This document shows positions 50,900-64,000 of a stretch of DNA of 64,000 nt, piece after piece (within the stretch, counting starts at the first letter, position 1; each line of letters starts with the position of its first letter). The notes under the pieces are model-generated. The model had not been told where the DNA came from. It saw only the letters and a list, made by a program, of their open reading frames with translations, and did no database searches. This DNA comes from Vicugna vicugna (taxonomy: Eukaryota). The stretch spans positions 1,435,308 through 1,499,307 of the forward strand of contig MU061578.1 of assembly GCA_013265495.1 (NCBI GenBank), read 5' to 3'. The translations under genes and the position numbers were made by a program.

Positions 50900-52826
50900 A
50901 CTATTCATTTTGAAATAGAGACTCAGAGACAGTTGTAAAGATAGTACAGGGAGGTCCTATACCCTCTTCACTCAGTTGGTGACATTGGTCATTCATTGGC
51001 CACATCTTACATACTATAATACTATGATCAGATATTGACACCGATGTGTCTGTATAATTGATGCCATTTAACCACATGCGAAGATTTGTGTAACCACCAC
51101 CATAGTCAAGACACAGAACTAGTTCATCACCACAGAGATCTCCCCCATGCTGCTCCTTTATAGCCACAAAACATCTTTCATCCTACACTCCTTAACTCTT
51201 GGAAACCAATAGTTTTTAATCCATAAAATTGCTATGAACAATTGTGTGTGTTGTTGTTGTTGCTTTTGTTTGTTTTGGGACATGCATTTTTATTTCTCTG
51301 GGATAAATCCCTAGAAATGTGATCTCTGGGTCATATGGTAAGTGTATTTCCTCTAAGAAGCTACCAACCTATTTTCCAGAAGGGCTGTGTCATCTTGTAC
51401 TCCCACCAGCAATGTACATGCTATGCAGCTTCTCTGGATTTTTGTCAGCATTTGGTATTGCCACATTTTTGTTTGTTTTATCTTTTCTATTATGTATGTA
51501 GTGATATCATCATGTTCTCAATTTGTATTTCCCTCATGTCTAGTGATGTTGAAGACCTTTTCATGCGCTTATTTGCACCTGTATACCCTCTTTGATAAAA
51601 TGTCTCTTCAAGTCTTTTTTCCATTTTCTAATTGGACTTATTTAATCTGTTGACTTTTGAGAGTTTTCAAAATATATTTTCAATATTAGTTTTTATCAGA
51701 CATGTACTTTGCAAATATTAGTAGGTTCTCATTCTAGTATCTTAATGGGGTTGTTCACAGAGTAAAGGTTTTTAATTTTAATTAAGTCCAGTTTATCTTT
51801 TTTTTATTTTTTAATGTATAGATAGTCCTTTTGCTGTCATGTTGCCAAGCTCTAAGTTTTAAAGATTTTCTCCTATGTTACTGTCTAAAAGTTTTTATGG
51901 TTTTATATTTAACATGTAATCCATTACCCATTTGGAGTTAATTTTTTATGAGATGTGTGAAGTTTAGGTCAAGATTCTTTTTTTTTTTCTCTTTCTTTTC
52001 CTATGTATATTTGGATATCCAGTTGTTCCAGCATCATTTGTTGAAAAGACTATCCTCCCTCCATTGAATTGCTTTTGCACCATTGCCAAAAACAATTGGC
52101 CATTTGTGTGTGGAGCTATTTCTCTGTTCTCTATTCTCTTTGATTGATCTACATGTCTATCGCCAGCAAATATCACACTATAAAGATTACTAAAACAACA
52201 TAATAAGTCTTGAAACTGGGTGTAATGATTTCTCTTACCTCATTCTTTTTTGTCAAAATTGTTTTAGCTATTCTAGCTTCTCTGCCTTTGCATATACGTT
52301 TTAGAATAATCTTATCTACATCTACAAAAAAGTCTTGCTGGGATTTTGATAGGCATTGCATTAAATCTGTATATCAACCTGGGGACAATTGGCATCTTTT
52401 ACTATGTTGAGTCTTTCAATCCATGAACACAGTAGGTTTCTCTACTTATTTAGATATTTTCTTTCTCTCATCAGTATTTGGAAGTTTTCAGCATACAAGT
52501 CCCGCATGTATTTTGTTAGATGTCCACCTAAGATTTCTTTTTTTTTTTAACTACTTAAAGTTATTATAAATGATACTGTATTTTAAAGTTTGATTTCAAT
52601 GTGCTTATTACCAGACTATAGAAGTACAATAGACTTCTATATATAATCTTGTATCCTGTGATTTTGCTGAGCTAACTTATAGCCCCCAAAATGTTTTTTC
52701 TTGTTAGATTCCTTGGGATTCTCTACAGATAACCACAAAAAGAGGCATTTTTTTTCTTCCTTTATAATCTGTATGGTTTTATTCCCATCCCTTGTCATTT
52801 GAAGCTAGTTAGAATTTCCATAATAC
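50900..52826 (-). mobile_element. L1MB/MC-type element, 3' part (continues at ~58901)
   Basis: 3' end tcattttgaaata...agatagtacagggaggtcc; ORF2 antisense fragments (IILKRICKGREARIAKTIL). Confidence 0.85.
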
Positions 52827-52827
52827 C

Positions 52828-55800
52828 TATTTTTATTGATGTATATTTGATTTACAATGTTTCTGGTGTACAGCATAGTGATTCAATCATACATACATAT
52901 TTTTTAAGATAATTTATCATTATAGGTTATTACAAAACATTGAATATAGTTCCCTGAGGTAAACATAGGATGTTGTTTATCTATTTTATATATAGTATTT
53001 AGTATCTGCTGATCTCAAACTCCTAATTCATCCCTTCCTGCTGTTTCCCCATAAGATAGTTTTCTATGTCTGTGAATCTGTTTGTTTTGTAAATAACTTC
53101 ATTTTGCAATTTTTTTAGACACCACATAAATGATATCATGTGGTACTTGTCTTTCTCTGTTTGACTTATTTAAAGTCTCTGGGTCCATACATGTTGCTGC
53201 AAATGGCATTATCTCATTTTTATGGCTGAGTAGTATTCCATTGCATACATACTACAACTTCTTTATGAAGTCATCTCTTGATGGACATTTAGGTTGCTTC
53301 CATGTCTTAGTTATTGTAAACTGCTATGAATATCTGTGTGCATGTATCTTTACAAATTATAGTTTCCAATGAATGTATGCCCAGGAGTGGGATTGCTGGA
53401 TCATATGGTAAGTCTATTTTTAGTTTTTTAAAGAATTTCCAAACTGTTTCCATAGTGGCCATATCAAATAATATTCCTACCAACAGTGTGGGAGGGTTCC
53501 CTTTTCTCCACATCCTCTCCAGCATTTATCATTGGTGGACTTTGTAATGATGGCTATTTTGACCTGTGTGAGGTAATACCTCATTGTAATTTTGATTTAC
53601 ATCTCTCTGATAATTAGTGATTTGAGCATCTTTTCACATGCCTGTTGGCCATTTGTATGTCTTCATTGGAGAAATGTCTGTTTAGGTCTTCTGCACATTT
53701 TTGATTGGATTATAGGTCCCATTTGTTTATTTTTGCTTTTCTTTCTATTGCCTTGGTACACTGACCTAGGAGAACACTGCTATGATTTATATCAGAGAAT
53801 GTTTTGCCTGTGTTGTCTTCTAGGAGATTTATGGTGTGCTGTCTTAAGTTTAAGTCTTCAAGCCGTTTTGAGTTTAGTTTTGTGTATGATGTGAAGGAGT
53901 GTTCTAACTTCATTGATTTACATGTGGCTGTCCAGTTTTCCCAACACCATTTGCCGAAGAGACTGTCCTTTCTCCATTGTATATCCTGGCCTCCTTTGTT
54001 TGAAGATTAATTGACTATAGGTGTGTGGGTTTATTTCTGGGATCTCTATTCTGTTCCATTGATCCATTTGTCTGTTTTTGTGCCAATGCCATGCCATTTT
54101 GATTACTGTAGCTTTGAAGTACTGTCTGAAATCTGGGAGGGTTATGCCTCCAGCTCTGTTCTTTTTCCTCAGGATTAATTTGGCAATTATGGGTCTTTTG
54201 TAATTTCATATAAATTTTAGGATTGTTTGTTCTAGTTCTGTGAAAAAGAAACCTGGGTAATTTGATAGGGATCACATTAATCTGTAGTTTACTTTGGGTA
54301 GTATGGCCATTTTAACAACATTAATTCTTTCAATCCAAGAACATGGAATATCTTTCCATTACTTTAAATCATCTTTAATTTCCTTTAACATTGTTTTACA
54401 GTTCTCAATGTATAAGTCCTTCACTTCCTTGGTCAGGTTTATTTCAAAGTATTTTTTTTTATTCAAATATTAATAAGGATTTTTTAAACTTTCATTTTCT
54501 GGTATTTCATTGTTATTGTAAATAAATACAACAATTTTTGTATGTTAATTTTATATCCTGCTACCCTGCTGAATTTGTTTATCAGCTCTAGTAGTTTTTG
54601 TTTGGAATCTTTGGGGTTTTCTATATATAGTGCCATGTCACCTGCATATAGTGACAATTGTACCTCTTCCCTTCCAATTTCGATACCTTTTATTTCTTTT
54701 TATCTTGTCTGATTGCTGTCACTAGGACTTCCCATACCATGTTGAGTAGAAATAGTAAGAGTGAGCATCTTTGTCTTGTTTCAGATTTTAGTGGGAAGGG
54801 TTTCAACTTTTCACTGTTATGTATTATGTTGGCTGTGGGTTTGTCATAAATAGCTTTTGTTATGTTGAGATATGTTCCTTCTATACCACTAGAATGAGTT
54901 TGGGACTGCTCCCTCCTCTTTAGTCTTTTCAAAGAGTTGAGAATGATTAGTATGAGTTCTTTGTATGCTTGGTGGAATTCCCCAGGGAAACCATCTCATC
55001 CCTGACTTTTGTTTGTGAGAAGTTTTGTTTTGTTTTTTTCATTGTAGATTCTGTTTCACTTCTACTGATTGGTCTGTTCAAATTACCTACTTCTTCTTGA
55101 TTCTGTTTCATAGAATATGTGTTTCTAGAAACTTGTCCATTTCTTCTAGGTTGTCCAATTTGTTGACACATAATTGTTCATAGTATTCCTTTTTTTTTTT
55201 TTGTATTTGTGTGGTATTGGTTGTAATTTTTCCTCTTTCATTTCTTATTTTGTTTATTTGGATCCTCTCTGTTTTATTCTTGGTGAACCTGGCCACAGGT
55301 TTGTTGATTTTGTTTACTCTTTCAAAAAACAGCTCTTGGCTTTATTGATTTCTTTTCTATTTTTATCTCTATTTTGTTTATTTTTTCCCCTGTTCTTTAT
55401 TATTTCTTTCCTTCCACTGACTTTAGGGTTTGCTTGTTCTTCTTTTTCTAATTCTTTCAGGTGGTAGGTTAAGTTGTTTATCTGAAATTTTACTTGTTTT
55501 TTAAGGATGGCCTGTATTGCTCTGAACTTCCTTCTTAGGACTGCTTTTGCTGCAACTCTTAGATTTTGTGTGGCTATGTTTTCATAGTCATTTGTCGCAA
55601 GGTATTTTTTAATTTCCTCTTTGATTTCATTGCTTATCCATTGGTTTTGTTTAATCTCCATGCTCTCCTCTCCGCCCCCCCCCCCCGATTTTTCTTTCTG
55701 TGGTTGATTTCTAGCTTCAAGCCATTGTGGTCAGAAAAGATGCTTAAAATAATTGCTATCCCCTTAAATTTTTTGAGGCTTGTTTTGTGTCTGAATATGT

Positions 55801-58800
55801 GGTATAGCCTAGAAAATGTTCCATGTGATTTGAATAGAATGTGTATTCTGTTTTGTTTTGGTTATTTTGGGGGGGATGGAATGTTCTGAAGATATCAATT
55901 AAGTCTAACTTTTCTATGGTGTCATTTAGAACCTCTGTTGCTTTATTGATTTTCTCTCTGGAATATCTGCTCACTGGGGTATTAAAGTTTCTTACTCTTA
56001 TTGTATTCCGATCAATTTCTCCCTTTGTTTGTTAGTATTTATTTTATGTATTTAGGTGTTTGTATATTGGGTGCATATGCGCTAATGAGTATAATATCCT
56101 CTTCTTGTATTGTTCTTTTTATCATTATAAAGTGACCATCTTTAATCTTTCTTTATGGCCTTTGTTTTAAAGTCTGTTTTGTCTGATATGAGTACCGCTA
56201 CCCCCACTTTCTTGTCATTTCCATTTGCATGAAAATATCTTTCTCCATCTCCTCACTTTCAATCTATGTATGTCCTTTTCCCCAAAGTGGGTCTCTTATA
56301 GGCAGCATATTATAGGCTGTTGTTTTATTATCCAATATTCCACTCTATATCTTTTGAATGAAGCATTTATTCCATTAACATTTAAGGTAATTATTGATTC
56401 ATCTTTGATTGCCATTTTAAACCTTGTTTTCCAGTTGATTTTGTATTTCTTCTATGTTCCTTTTTCTTTTTGTTTTCCTTTTGTGGTTTGATAATTTACT
56501 TTTGTATTATGCTAGAGTTCTTTTTGGCTTTTGTGACTCTATTGTATGTTTTTGACTTGTGGTTTTCCATGTATGTTATCCTATTACTGTATCTACTTGC
56601 TTTAGATTGGTAATCATATAGGCTCAAACACATTCTTAAAAAAAAATCTACTTTTTCTTAATCCCCTCCCCCATATTTTATGATTTTTATGTCCTCTTTT
56701 AATCTTTGTTTATTCTTTTGCTGTTCATTGTAGTTATCGCATTTTCAATTGTGGTTTTTCTCTTTCCTATAGTTTCTTCCTTTCTATTTAGGGATGATAT
56801 TTCAACGTTTCTTTTAGGATAGTTTTAGTATTGGCTGTGTTCTCTTAGTTTTCTCTTGTCTGAGAAATTCTTTACGTCTCCTTCTATTCTAAATGATAAC
56901 CTTGAAGATTTTTCTTTCAGGATTTTGAATATATCTTGCCACTCCCTTCTGGTCTGAAACATTTCCGTAGAAAATTCAGCTGATAGCCTTATAGCCTTAT
57001 GGGGGTTCCCTTGTAACCAACTCTTTGTGGTTCTCTTGCTGACTTTAATTATTTCCTTTATCTTTAAATTAAGCCATTTTAATTATATCTTGGTGTAGGT
57101 CTGTTTGGGTTCATCTTGTTTGGGACCCTCTTTGCTTCCTGTACCTGGACATCCGTTTTCTTCTTTAGGTTTGGGAAGTTTTCAGCCATTATTCTTCAAA
57201 TACATTTTTGATACCCTCTTCTCTTTCTTCTCCTTCTGGGACTCCTATCATGCATTGATTGGCACACTTTATACTATCCCTTAGGTCTCTTATGTGGCTT
57301 TCATTTTTTTCATATCTGCTGTTCTGATTGTGTGGTTTCCACTACTCTATCTTCAAGATCACTTACTCATTCTTCTACAGTATTTAGTCTGCTATTTATT
57401 GCCTTTAGCTTGGCTTTCATCTTAGCAAGTGAGTTTTCTGATTTTTATTTGGTTCCTCTATAGTTTCTAGTTCCATTTTATAGTCATCTGCATTTCTATC
57501 AATAGTCTTTCTTAATTCCTTCTGTTTTTATTATCTCCTTTTTGAATCTGAGATCTGGTAAACTGGTGAGTCTACTTCATTGTTTGTTCTTCCAGGGGAT
57601 TTATCTTGTTCTTTTAATTGGGAGTGGTTCCTCTGCTTCTTCATTTTACTTGTACTTCTCTGACTATGAATTTATGAGTAACATTTATCTACTGTGGTCT
57701 TGAAAGGCCATTTTTTTATGTGAGAGTATCCCTGTGCAGCTATGTACTTCTAATATTTTTGTTGTGAAGGCTGTTTTTAGTATGGATGGCGTCCATGTCT
57801 TTCCTCTATGTGTGCTGGCTGTTATCCCCTTGGCTGGGGGTGTAATTGGTGTTATGGTGACCACAGCCTGCACTGGATGTTGAGTGGGGCCTCCTCTGTT
57901 CTGTGATTGTCATAGCCCTGTCAGGAGCTTGATCTGCCTCCTATTTGTTGGAATAGAAGCCCCTAGATATGTTTCTGAGCTGCTGTGTGAGGCAGTGAGG
58001 ACTGGAGTGCTTCTGGGAGAGGAGCCACTGAGTATTCCACCCCAGGAAATGTCCACTGGGAAGTGCCCCCTGTGGTGTCACCTGTCACCTGTTGTGTGGG
58101 CTTTCAGTATACACTGTTGTTGGCACTGCCCTTGGCCCTACCTCAGCCATGAGAATGCAGGCAACCTGCCCTGATGTCCCTCAGGTGCTGTGCTCACAAA
58201 GCTACCAAGACAGATCTATTGAAGTCAGACAACAGAATCTGCTGTAGTCGTGTATAGTTGTGCCCTGAATCTGCTGTGGGCTATAGGGTCAGCTCAGACC
58301 CCAGCCCTGCCTCCATGTGCCACAATCTGTTAACATCAGACCTGCTGTGCCCTGGCTGTGTACCAGCTCTCCACTCTGATTTCCCACAGGCACCAAGCCT
58401 GTGAAGGCACTAAGCCTGTGAAGGCACTAATGGTACAAATCCACCAAAGCTACCTGGGACATGGTTCAGACCTCAGCCCCACCTCCTCACTTGTGCAGCC
58501 CCTGGTAATGGACCGAGTCCCCAGCCCTGCCTCCACCTGGGGGCAACCCTTCAGTGACTGTGCACTCCTGGAATTCCCAGAGGAGCCACCCCAGCAAGGG
58601 CAAGCTAAGAAGGAGACTGCTATGGTGGGGTCCCGCCCCTCCCTTCATGTTACAATGGGGCTTTTGCACACAGGCTCCCTTGCACACACTCCCAGTTTCA
58701 GCCTGTACCACACTCCAGACCCTTCAGGCAGTCTCCACACAGCCAACCCCAGTCCTCCTCCTGGGTCTGTCCTCTGAAGCTCAAGCTTCAGTGCCCAGCT

Positions 58801-58900
58801 CCAACATGCCCCAACATGCCCCAGCAAGCTCAAGCTCTTGTCTTGGGCTAAGAAATGCAGCAATGTGGCCTGGGTCCTCTGCATCAGTACCAGCAGAGGT
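52828..58900 (-). mobile_element. Near full-length L1 with internal deletions (5' UTR, ORF1, ORF2, 3' UTR), disabled
   Basis: 3' UTR ~52830-53130; ORF2 fragments ([54 protein letters not shown]); ORF1 ~56850-57680; GC-richer 5' UTR ~57700-58900. Confidence 0.9.
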
Positions 58901-60630
58901 GCCTTGTTCCTGATCTTGAGGGACAATCATTCAGTCTTTCACTTTTAAATACAATATTAACTGTAAGTTTTTTGCATGTATTCTTTATCAATGTAAGGGA
59001 GTTGCCCCCTATTCTTAGTCTTCTGAGAGTTCTGGGTGAGTCTTCAGTTTTGTCAAATGCTTTTTCTGTGTTGACTAATATGATTGCATGATTGTTCCTC
59101 TTTAGCCTATCAATATGGTGGATTATACTGGCTGAATTTTGAATATTGAACCAGCATTGCATCCTTGGAATATTCCCCGCTGGGTCATGGTGTGTAATTG
59201 TTTTAGATGCTGCTAAATTCTATTTGTAAACAGTTTTCCAGTCTGTTACATCCATATTCATGAGGGTTATCAGTCTGTAGGTTTTTGGGTTTTTTTTAAT
59301 ATGGTCTTTGTCTGGTTTTGGTGTTAGGGTATAATGGCTTCATAAAATAAATTTCTATATGTTCCATCCATTTCTATTTTCTGGAGATTTGTAGAATTGG
59401 TGTTAACTGTTCCTTAAACATGGGTAGTATCTCCAGTGAAACCATCTGGACCTGGAGATTCCTTGTGGGGACATTTTAAAACTATGAATTCAATTTCCTT
59501 AACAGTTAAAGGGGTATTCAAATCATCTCTTTAATACTGGGTAAATTGTGGTAGTTTGTACTTTTCAAGGAACTGGTCTGTTTCATCTAAGTTGTCAAAT
59601 TTGTGTGTAGAGTTGTTCATAGTATTACTTCATTATCTGTTTTAATGTCTGTTGGGTCTAGAGCAATACCCCATTTCATTCCTGATTTATTGCCTTCTTT
59701 TTTCCTCTGTCACTCTTGCTAGAGGTTTGCAATTTTTAAAAAATCCTTTGAGAGTCAGCTTTTTTTTGCTTTTTTTTTTTCTATTTTCAATTTCATTGAC
59801 ATTTGCTTCAACCTGGATTATTTCCTCTCCCATTTGTGCTTGCTTTGTGTTTATGTAGCTCTTCTTTCTCTGTTTCTTGAAATGGGAGTTTATTTACTGA
59901 TTTTGGACTCCTCCTTTTTTATTAAAGTCATTTAATGCTATACATTTCCCTCTTAGCACTGCTTCAGCAGTTTTTCACAAGTTTTGTATGTTGTATATTT
60001 ATTTTCATTAAGTTTAATGTGTTTTTAAAATTTATTGACACTTCTTTGACTCATGGATTATCAAGAAGCTTATTGTTTAGTTTCTGAGTGTGAGGAGATT
60101 TTCCTGTAATCTTTATATTCAGGACATGGTCTATCTTGCTGTGTGGTCCATGGGTTCCTGAAAAGAATGTATATTGTGCTATTTTGGCGGTGGATATTTC
60201 TATAAATGTTGATTGATGATGCTGAGTTCTCTATTCTTATTGATATCTGATCTAGTTCTATCAGTTGTTGAAAGAGGGATGTTTAAATCTCTGAGTATGA
60301 GTATGAAGTTTTCTTTTTTTTTTTGGTTCTATTCATTTTTGACTTATATTTTTCAGTTTTTTTATTTGGTACATACACATTTAGGAGTCCTATAAATGAT
60401 TTCCTAAGTTTGATTCTCCTCTCTAGCACTCTACCCCAAGTATGGTAGGCACTCCGGTGCCTGAACAACCAAGTGCTGATCCCTCATGAAGGGAGTCCAC
60501 CAGCCATTACCTGGGTTCTTTTTCTCTGCATGAAAACTCTCTTAAGGCAGAAAGCTAAGGCAATTGTAGGGCTCACCTTATTTGCTCCCTGTCTCTCAAA
60601 GGTCGCTTTCTGTCATTGCCTGGTGTGTAT
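58901..60630 (-). mobile_element. Continuation of the older L1 interrupted at ~52826
   Basis: gccttgttcctgatcttgagg...; ORF 58884-59162 has WFNIQNS...IIHHIDR...EKAFDK (RT region). Confidence 0.85.
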
Positions 60631-60632
60631 AG

Positions 60633-61003
60633 TGTCATAGGTTGAATGTTTGTGCCTCACCCCCCAAATTCATATGTTAAAACTCAATCTCTATTGTGAT
60701 GGTATTTGGAGGTGGGGCCTTTGGGAGGTGTTGAGGTCATGAGGGTGGGGCCCTCATGAATGGGATTAGTGCTCTTTTATAAGAGGCTCTAAAGAGGAAC
60801 CCTACCCCTTCCGCCATGTGAGGACATAGCAAGAGGATGCCCCTCTATGAACCATGAAGTGGATTCTCACCAGACACTAAATTTGCCAGAGTCTTGATCT
60901 TGGGCTCCCCAACCTCCACAACTGTGAGAAATGAATTTCAGGTTGTTTATAAGCCACCCAGTATGGTATATTTTTTTTACAGCAGCCCAAATGGACTAAG
61001 ACA
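60633..61003 (+). mobile_element. MLT1A0-type MaLR solo LTR
   Basis: tgtcataggttgaatgtttgtg...gatggtatttggaggtggggcctttgggagg...cagcagcccaaatggactaagaca. Confidence 0.9.
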
Positions 61004-61959
61004 CTCAGTGTTATACAAACCACTGTTTCATGCATTTTGTCCATTATACAGTCATCCGAGATGAGAGACTAAACCTGGTCCCTGTTATTCTATTTTGGCT
61101 AGAACTAGAACTCCAACCTATTTTTTTTTAAAGAATTATCGAAGAAAAGAAAAGCTAATGTCCTTTGTGGTTTTTATTCTCCATTGTAGAGACACATTAT
61201 TGTATATACTGGCAATACTTGACATTTATTTAACACTTCGTGCTGGACCAGGCACTCTGCTAAGGAATGGTCATTTATCAGCCTACTTAATATTCTTAAG
61301 GCCTTCATAGCTTCTGCCATCATTAAAAAATATAGTGCAAGCATTTTGTTTAAGAAAAGTCTGCAATATCCTAAATGAAAGGGGCTACTAATATGTAAAC
61401 AGCCGTGATATAGGATACTTCCTCTCTGTGTAATAAATGTATTGTTGTTTATATCCCACACTTGATTTGTGCACCTGGACACAAAACCAACATAAGGCTT
61501 CAGGACATTTTGGGGAAAGACACCAGACCATCTCGAATCTGATTAACATTCTTCACTCTTCTGAACTCTGTTTCTTTGCTCAGCCCTCACATCCAATAAG
61601 CCTCAGGTGAGACAGTGCATCCTAGAAGCAGAATTCAGTTTGAAATAGGAGTTCAGCAGAAATGACCACTAGAAAGCTAACAGGCACCAGGCAGTAGGTT
61701 TCTAGCCACCTGGGCCAGACAAGAAGCAGCATGGTGGTTCTTCCAACTTTCAAATATTTGCATTCTGTTTCAATACTGTGATACATGCTTACATGTACGC
61801 CCAAGATTTCTTCCAGTCTTTGCCTGGAAATTTAAACAACAGATCAACCTAGCTTTTAGGACTTCTGGAAAGAAAGAATCGTGAATAAGGGCAGGGCAAA
61901 TCACAACTGGACTTTTGCAGGAGAAATGTGGGGAGCTGCAAAAATCGTATAACTTCTTG

Positions 61960-62170
61960 TGTGTTCAAATTATATTGCCTTATCATTTGCTTGTCCTTGT
62001 CAAGTATCTCTAATTCTTGTCAATATAATTTCAGCTTTGCCTTTCTTGTTTCCTTTACTGTAAGCCTCATGAAGGGAAGACCATATCTGCCTTATGTACT
62101 GCTCATTCTTCAGTGCCTACTATGCGTCTGACACATGGTAGACACTCACTGAATACTGTTCAAATGAGAT
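61960..62170 (+). mobile_element. L2 3' end fragment
   Basis: actgtaagcctcatgaagggaagaccatatctg...cagtgcct...tgacacatggtagacactcactgaata. Confidence 0.65.
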
Positions 62171-62687
62171 TCACCTTTTTCAGATAGCCTCCAGGTCAGG
62201 GATACATGGCAGGTACAGGACATGTACGCTGCTACTCCTCAATGCCTCACCCATGACAGACATCACTAATCAATCATGGCACTCCTCCCTGCTCAATCTA
62301 CACCCAGGCTCAGAATCCACTGCTTCAGACTCCAAGTAGCTCACCTGCCCATCTCCCCTCCCTTTTTCCAATGTACCCACATCTAGAATCCAGAGTATGA
62401 ATAAACTATTCCACATATGGCCCAAAGAGGGCAGAGACATAAATAACAACCTTTCCTTCTAAACTGCTTTTCTGTGTTAGCAGCATAGGAGTAAATTTTA
62501 TTTGTGTATGTCCCCATTTCATGGCTAACCCCATCTCATGGCTAAAATAATTTGAAGTAGCAATGGAAAGTCGTAGATGGGTCAGAAAATATTTGGATAA
62601 CCATGTTGATGCTTCCCCCAGTCCCTTTCAATAAACAAGTTAATCTACCTGAGCAGCTCAACTAGGAAAATAAAACACAATGATTCA

Positions 62688-62842
62688 GAGGTGGAGGTGT
62701 ATAGCTCAGTGGTAGAGTACTTGCCTAGCTTACACAGGGTCGTGGGTTCAATCCCCAGTACCTCCATTAACAAAAACAAACAAACAAAAACAACTCCCCC
62801 ACACACACAATTATTCCAAAAATTAAAGCCAAAACAAAACAC
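62688..62842 (+). mobile_element. tRNA-derived SINE (camelid Vic-1 type)
   Basis: tatagctcagtggtagagt...gggttcaatccccagtacctccattaa plus A-rich tail. Confidence 0.9.
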
Positions 62843-63134
62843 CAAACTTCCATTGTTCAACCATCTGCTTATTCCAAGTGGTCACGGGAGGAGGGCCACT
62901 AAATAATGAAACTAATGGTCCAGTTCCAGAATTCATTTCCTCGGATTTCTGTTCTGCACCGTGGGAGGGGACAACCACCCTGGCTCATCCCGCTTCCTCT
63001 CATTCCTCTTAGTGGTCTCCTTCACTGGGGTTTCTCATAGCCAAGCTTGAGCACCTGGGGCAAATGTGAGCCCAGAGAGGCAGGACACAGTTAAACAGCA
63101 AACAGCCCCTGCCACTCAGAGGGCTTTGAACAAA

Positions 63135-63388
63135 CACTGTTGAGCAATATCTATTTTCTGAAGGCTTACTCTCCGCCAGGTGCTGCATTAAAGGTTATCT
63201 ATCTAACACTTTCTAATCCTAAAAAAAAGCCTTGAACAATACATACAATTTCCCTAACTGACAGGACTGAGTGACCGAGTTCAGAGTTTAACCCTCTAAG
63301 ACCACCCTACTGATAAATCGCTGAGTTGGGACTGGAACTCAGGTCTATTTAACTTCCAAGCCCAGACTCTTTCCACTAAACCATATGC
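63135..63388 (-). mobile_element. MIR
   Basis: cttactctccgccaggtgctgcattaaagg...ctggaactcaggtctatttaacttccaagccc. Confidence 0.65.
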
Positions 63389-63789
63389 ATCTTGTCCCAT
63401 AAAAGCTTAGAGACCATGTTCATTGTTGATTACATCTAGCAATATAGCATCAATCTTATTTTAAAGACCCTTTTTAATATTTATAAGGCATCAACCACTT
63501 TTGGAAAATTTCACGGTGCACCTGTTTTGTTTTATGGATCTAGATTTTGTGAAAAGTCTTTTCCACGTATTTTAAGTAGAACTTATGCTGTCCCTGTTGG
63601 GTAGCCATAAGGGAAGAAAGTGAGCAAGAGAAGGAAGGGAAAGAGGGGGAAAGGGGTCTGAAGTCTAGTGCTACATGCAGGAGCCTTCCTTGCAAAGAAG
63701 GCACTGGTGGAGAGAGATGCCACGGAGGAAGGAACATGGGGTAATAGAGACACCGCAAGTGCTTTGGGAGAGCCATTAAGAATGCAATC

Positions 63790-64000
63790 TTCTGACTGAC
63801 TTGGCTTGAACTCCCGGTTGGTTCTTTTACTCTTTGGGGCAATTTGAATAAGTTACCCAACTTCCTGCATCCAGGGCCTCTTCTCTAATGAAGGGATGTC
63901 TATACCTTCGCCTCCAAGTTTATCAAGAGGATTAAATGAGATAATCTGTGTAAGGGAAACGGCTAGGTAATCACAAGTGTTTAGTAAATTGGAGCTGTTA
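63790..64000 (+). mobile_element. MIR
   Basis: aagttacccaacttcctgcatcc...gaggattaaatgagataatctgtgtaag. Confidence 0.65.

Noticed and set aside
58394..58430. Short direct repeats in the L1 5' region (agcctgtgaaggcacta x2; also ccaacatgcc x2 near 58801)
   Set aside because: Ordinary slippage duplications within a dead L1; no repeat-spacer architecture.
8795..61003. Similarity between 8795-9133 and 60633-61003, and between the two MER3 copies
   Set aside because: Independent insertions of common repeat families, not paired LTRs or a local duplication.
1..64000. Prokaryote-type systems (CRISPR arrays, operons, defence islands)
   Set aside because: The sequence is mammalian, dominated by SINE/LINE/LTR elements; no such structures seen.

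Overview
This is mammalian, repeat-rich, non-coding DNA, most likely from a camelid (alpaca, llama or camel). That call rests on two tRNA-derived SINEs matching the camelid Vic-1 type and on camelid-like L1 3' ends. I recognise no intact protein-coding gene; the ORF track is explained by chance ORFs and decayed L1/ERV frames. The standout structure is a 2,217-bp tandem duplication (27840-30056 / 30184-32400) with no differences found by eye. Its 127-bp junction is built from locally templated pieces, so a ~120-bp motif-rich core is present three times. The breakpoint cuts a canonical G-quadruplex/GC-box motif in a promoter- or enhancer-like segment. About 0.6 kb downstream is a non-autonomous ERV1 provirus (33011-38435) with both LTRs, a 4-bp TSD and gag/env remnants. 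Its env remnant is interrupted by a ~120-bp copy of host DNA from 2.15 kb away, embedded in TA/CA repeats. From 44.7 to 61 kb lies a stack of nested L1s. Several isolated minus-strand exon-like segments hint at a spliced transcript, but this is speculative. I see no new multi-gene system; the novelty is structural and regulatory. Repeat family names come from recalled consensus sequences, and boundaries of old repeats are approximate.
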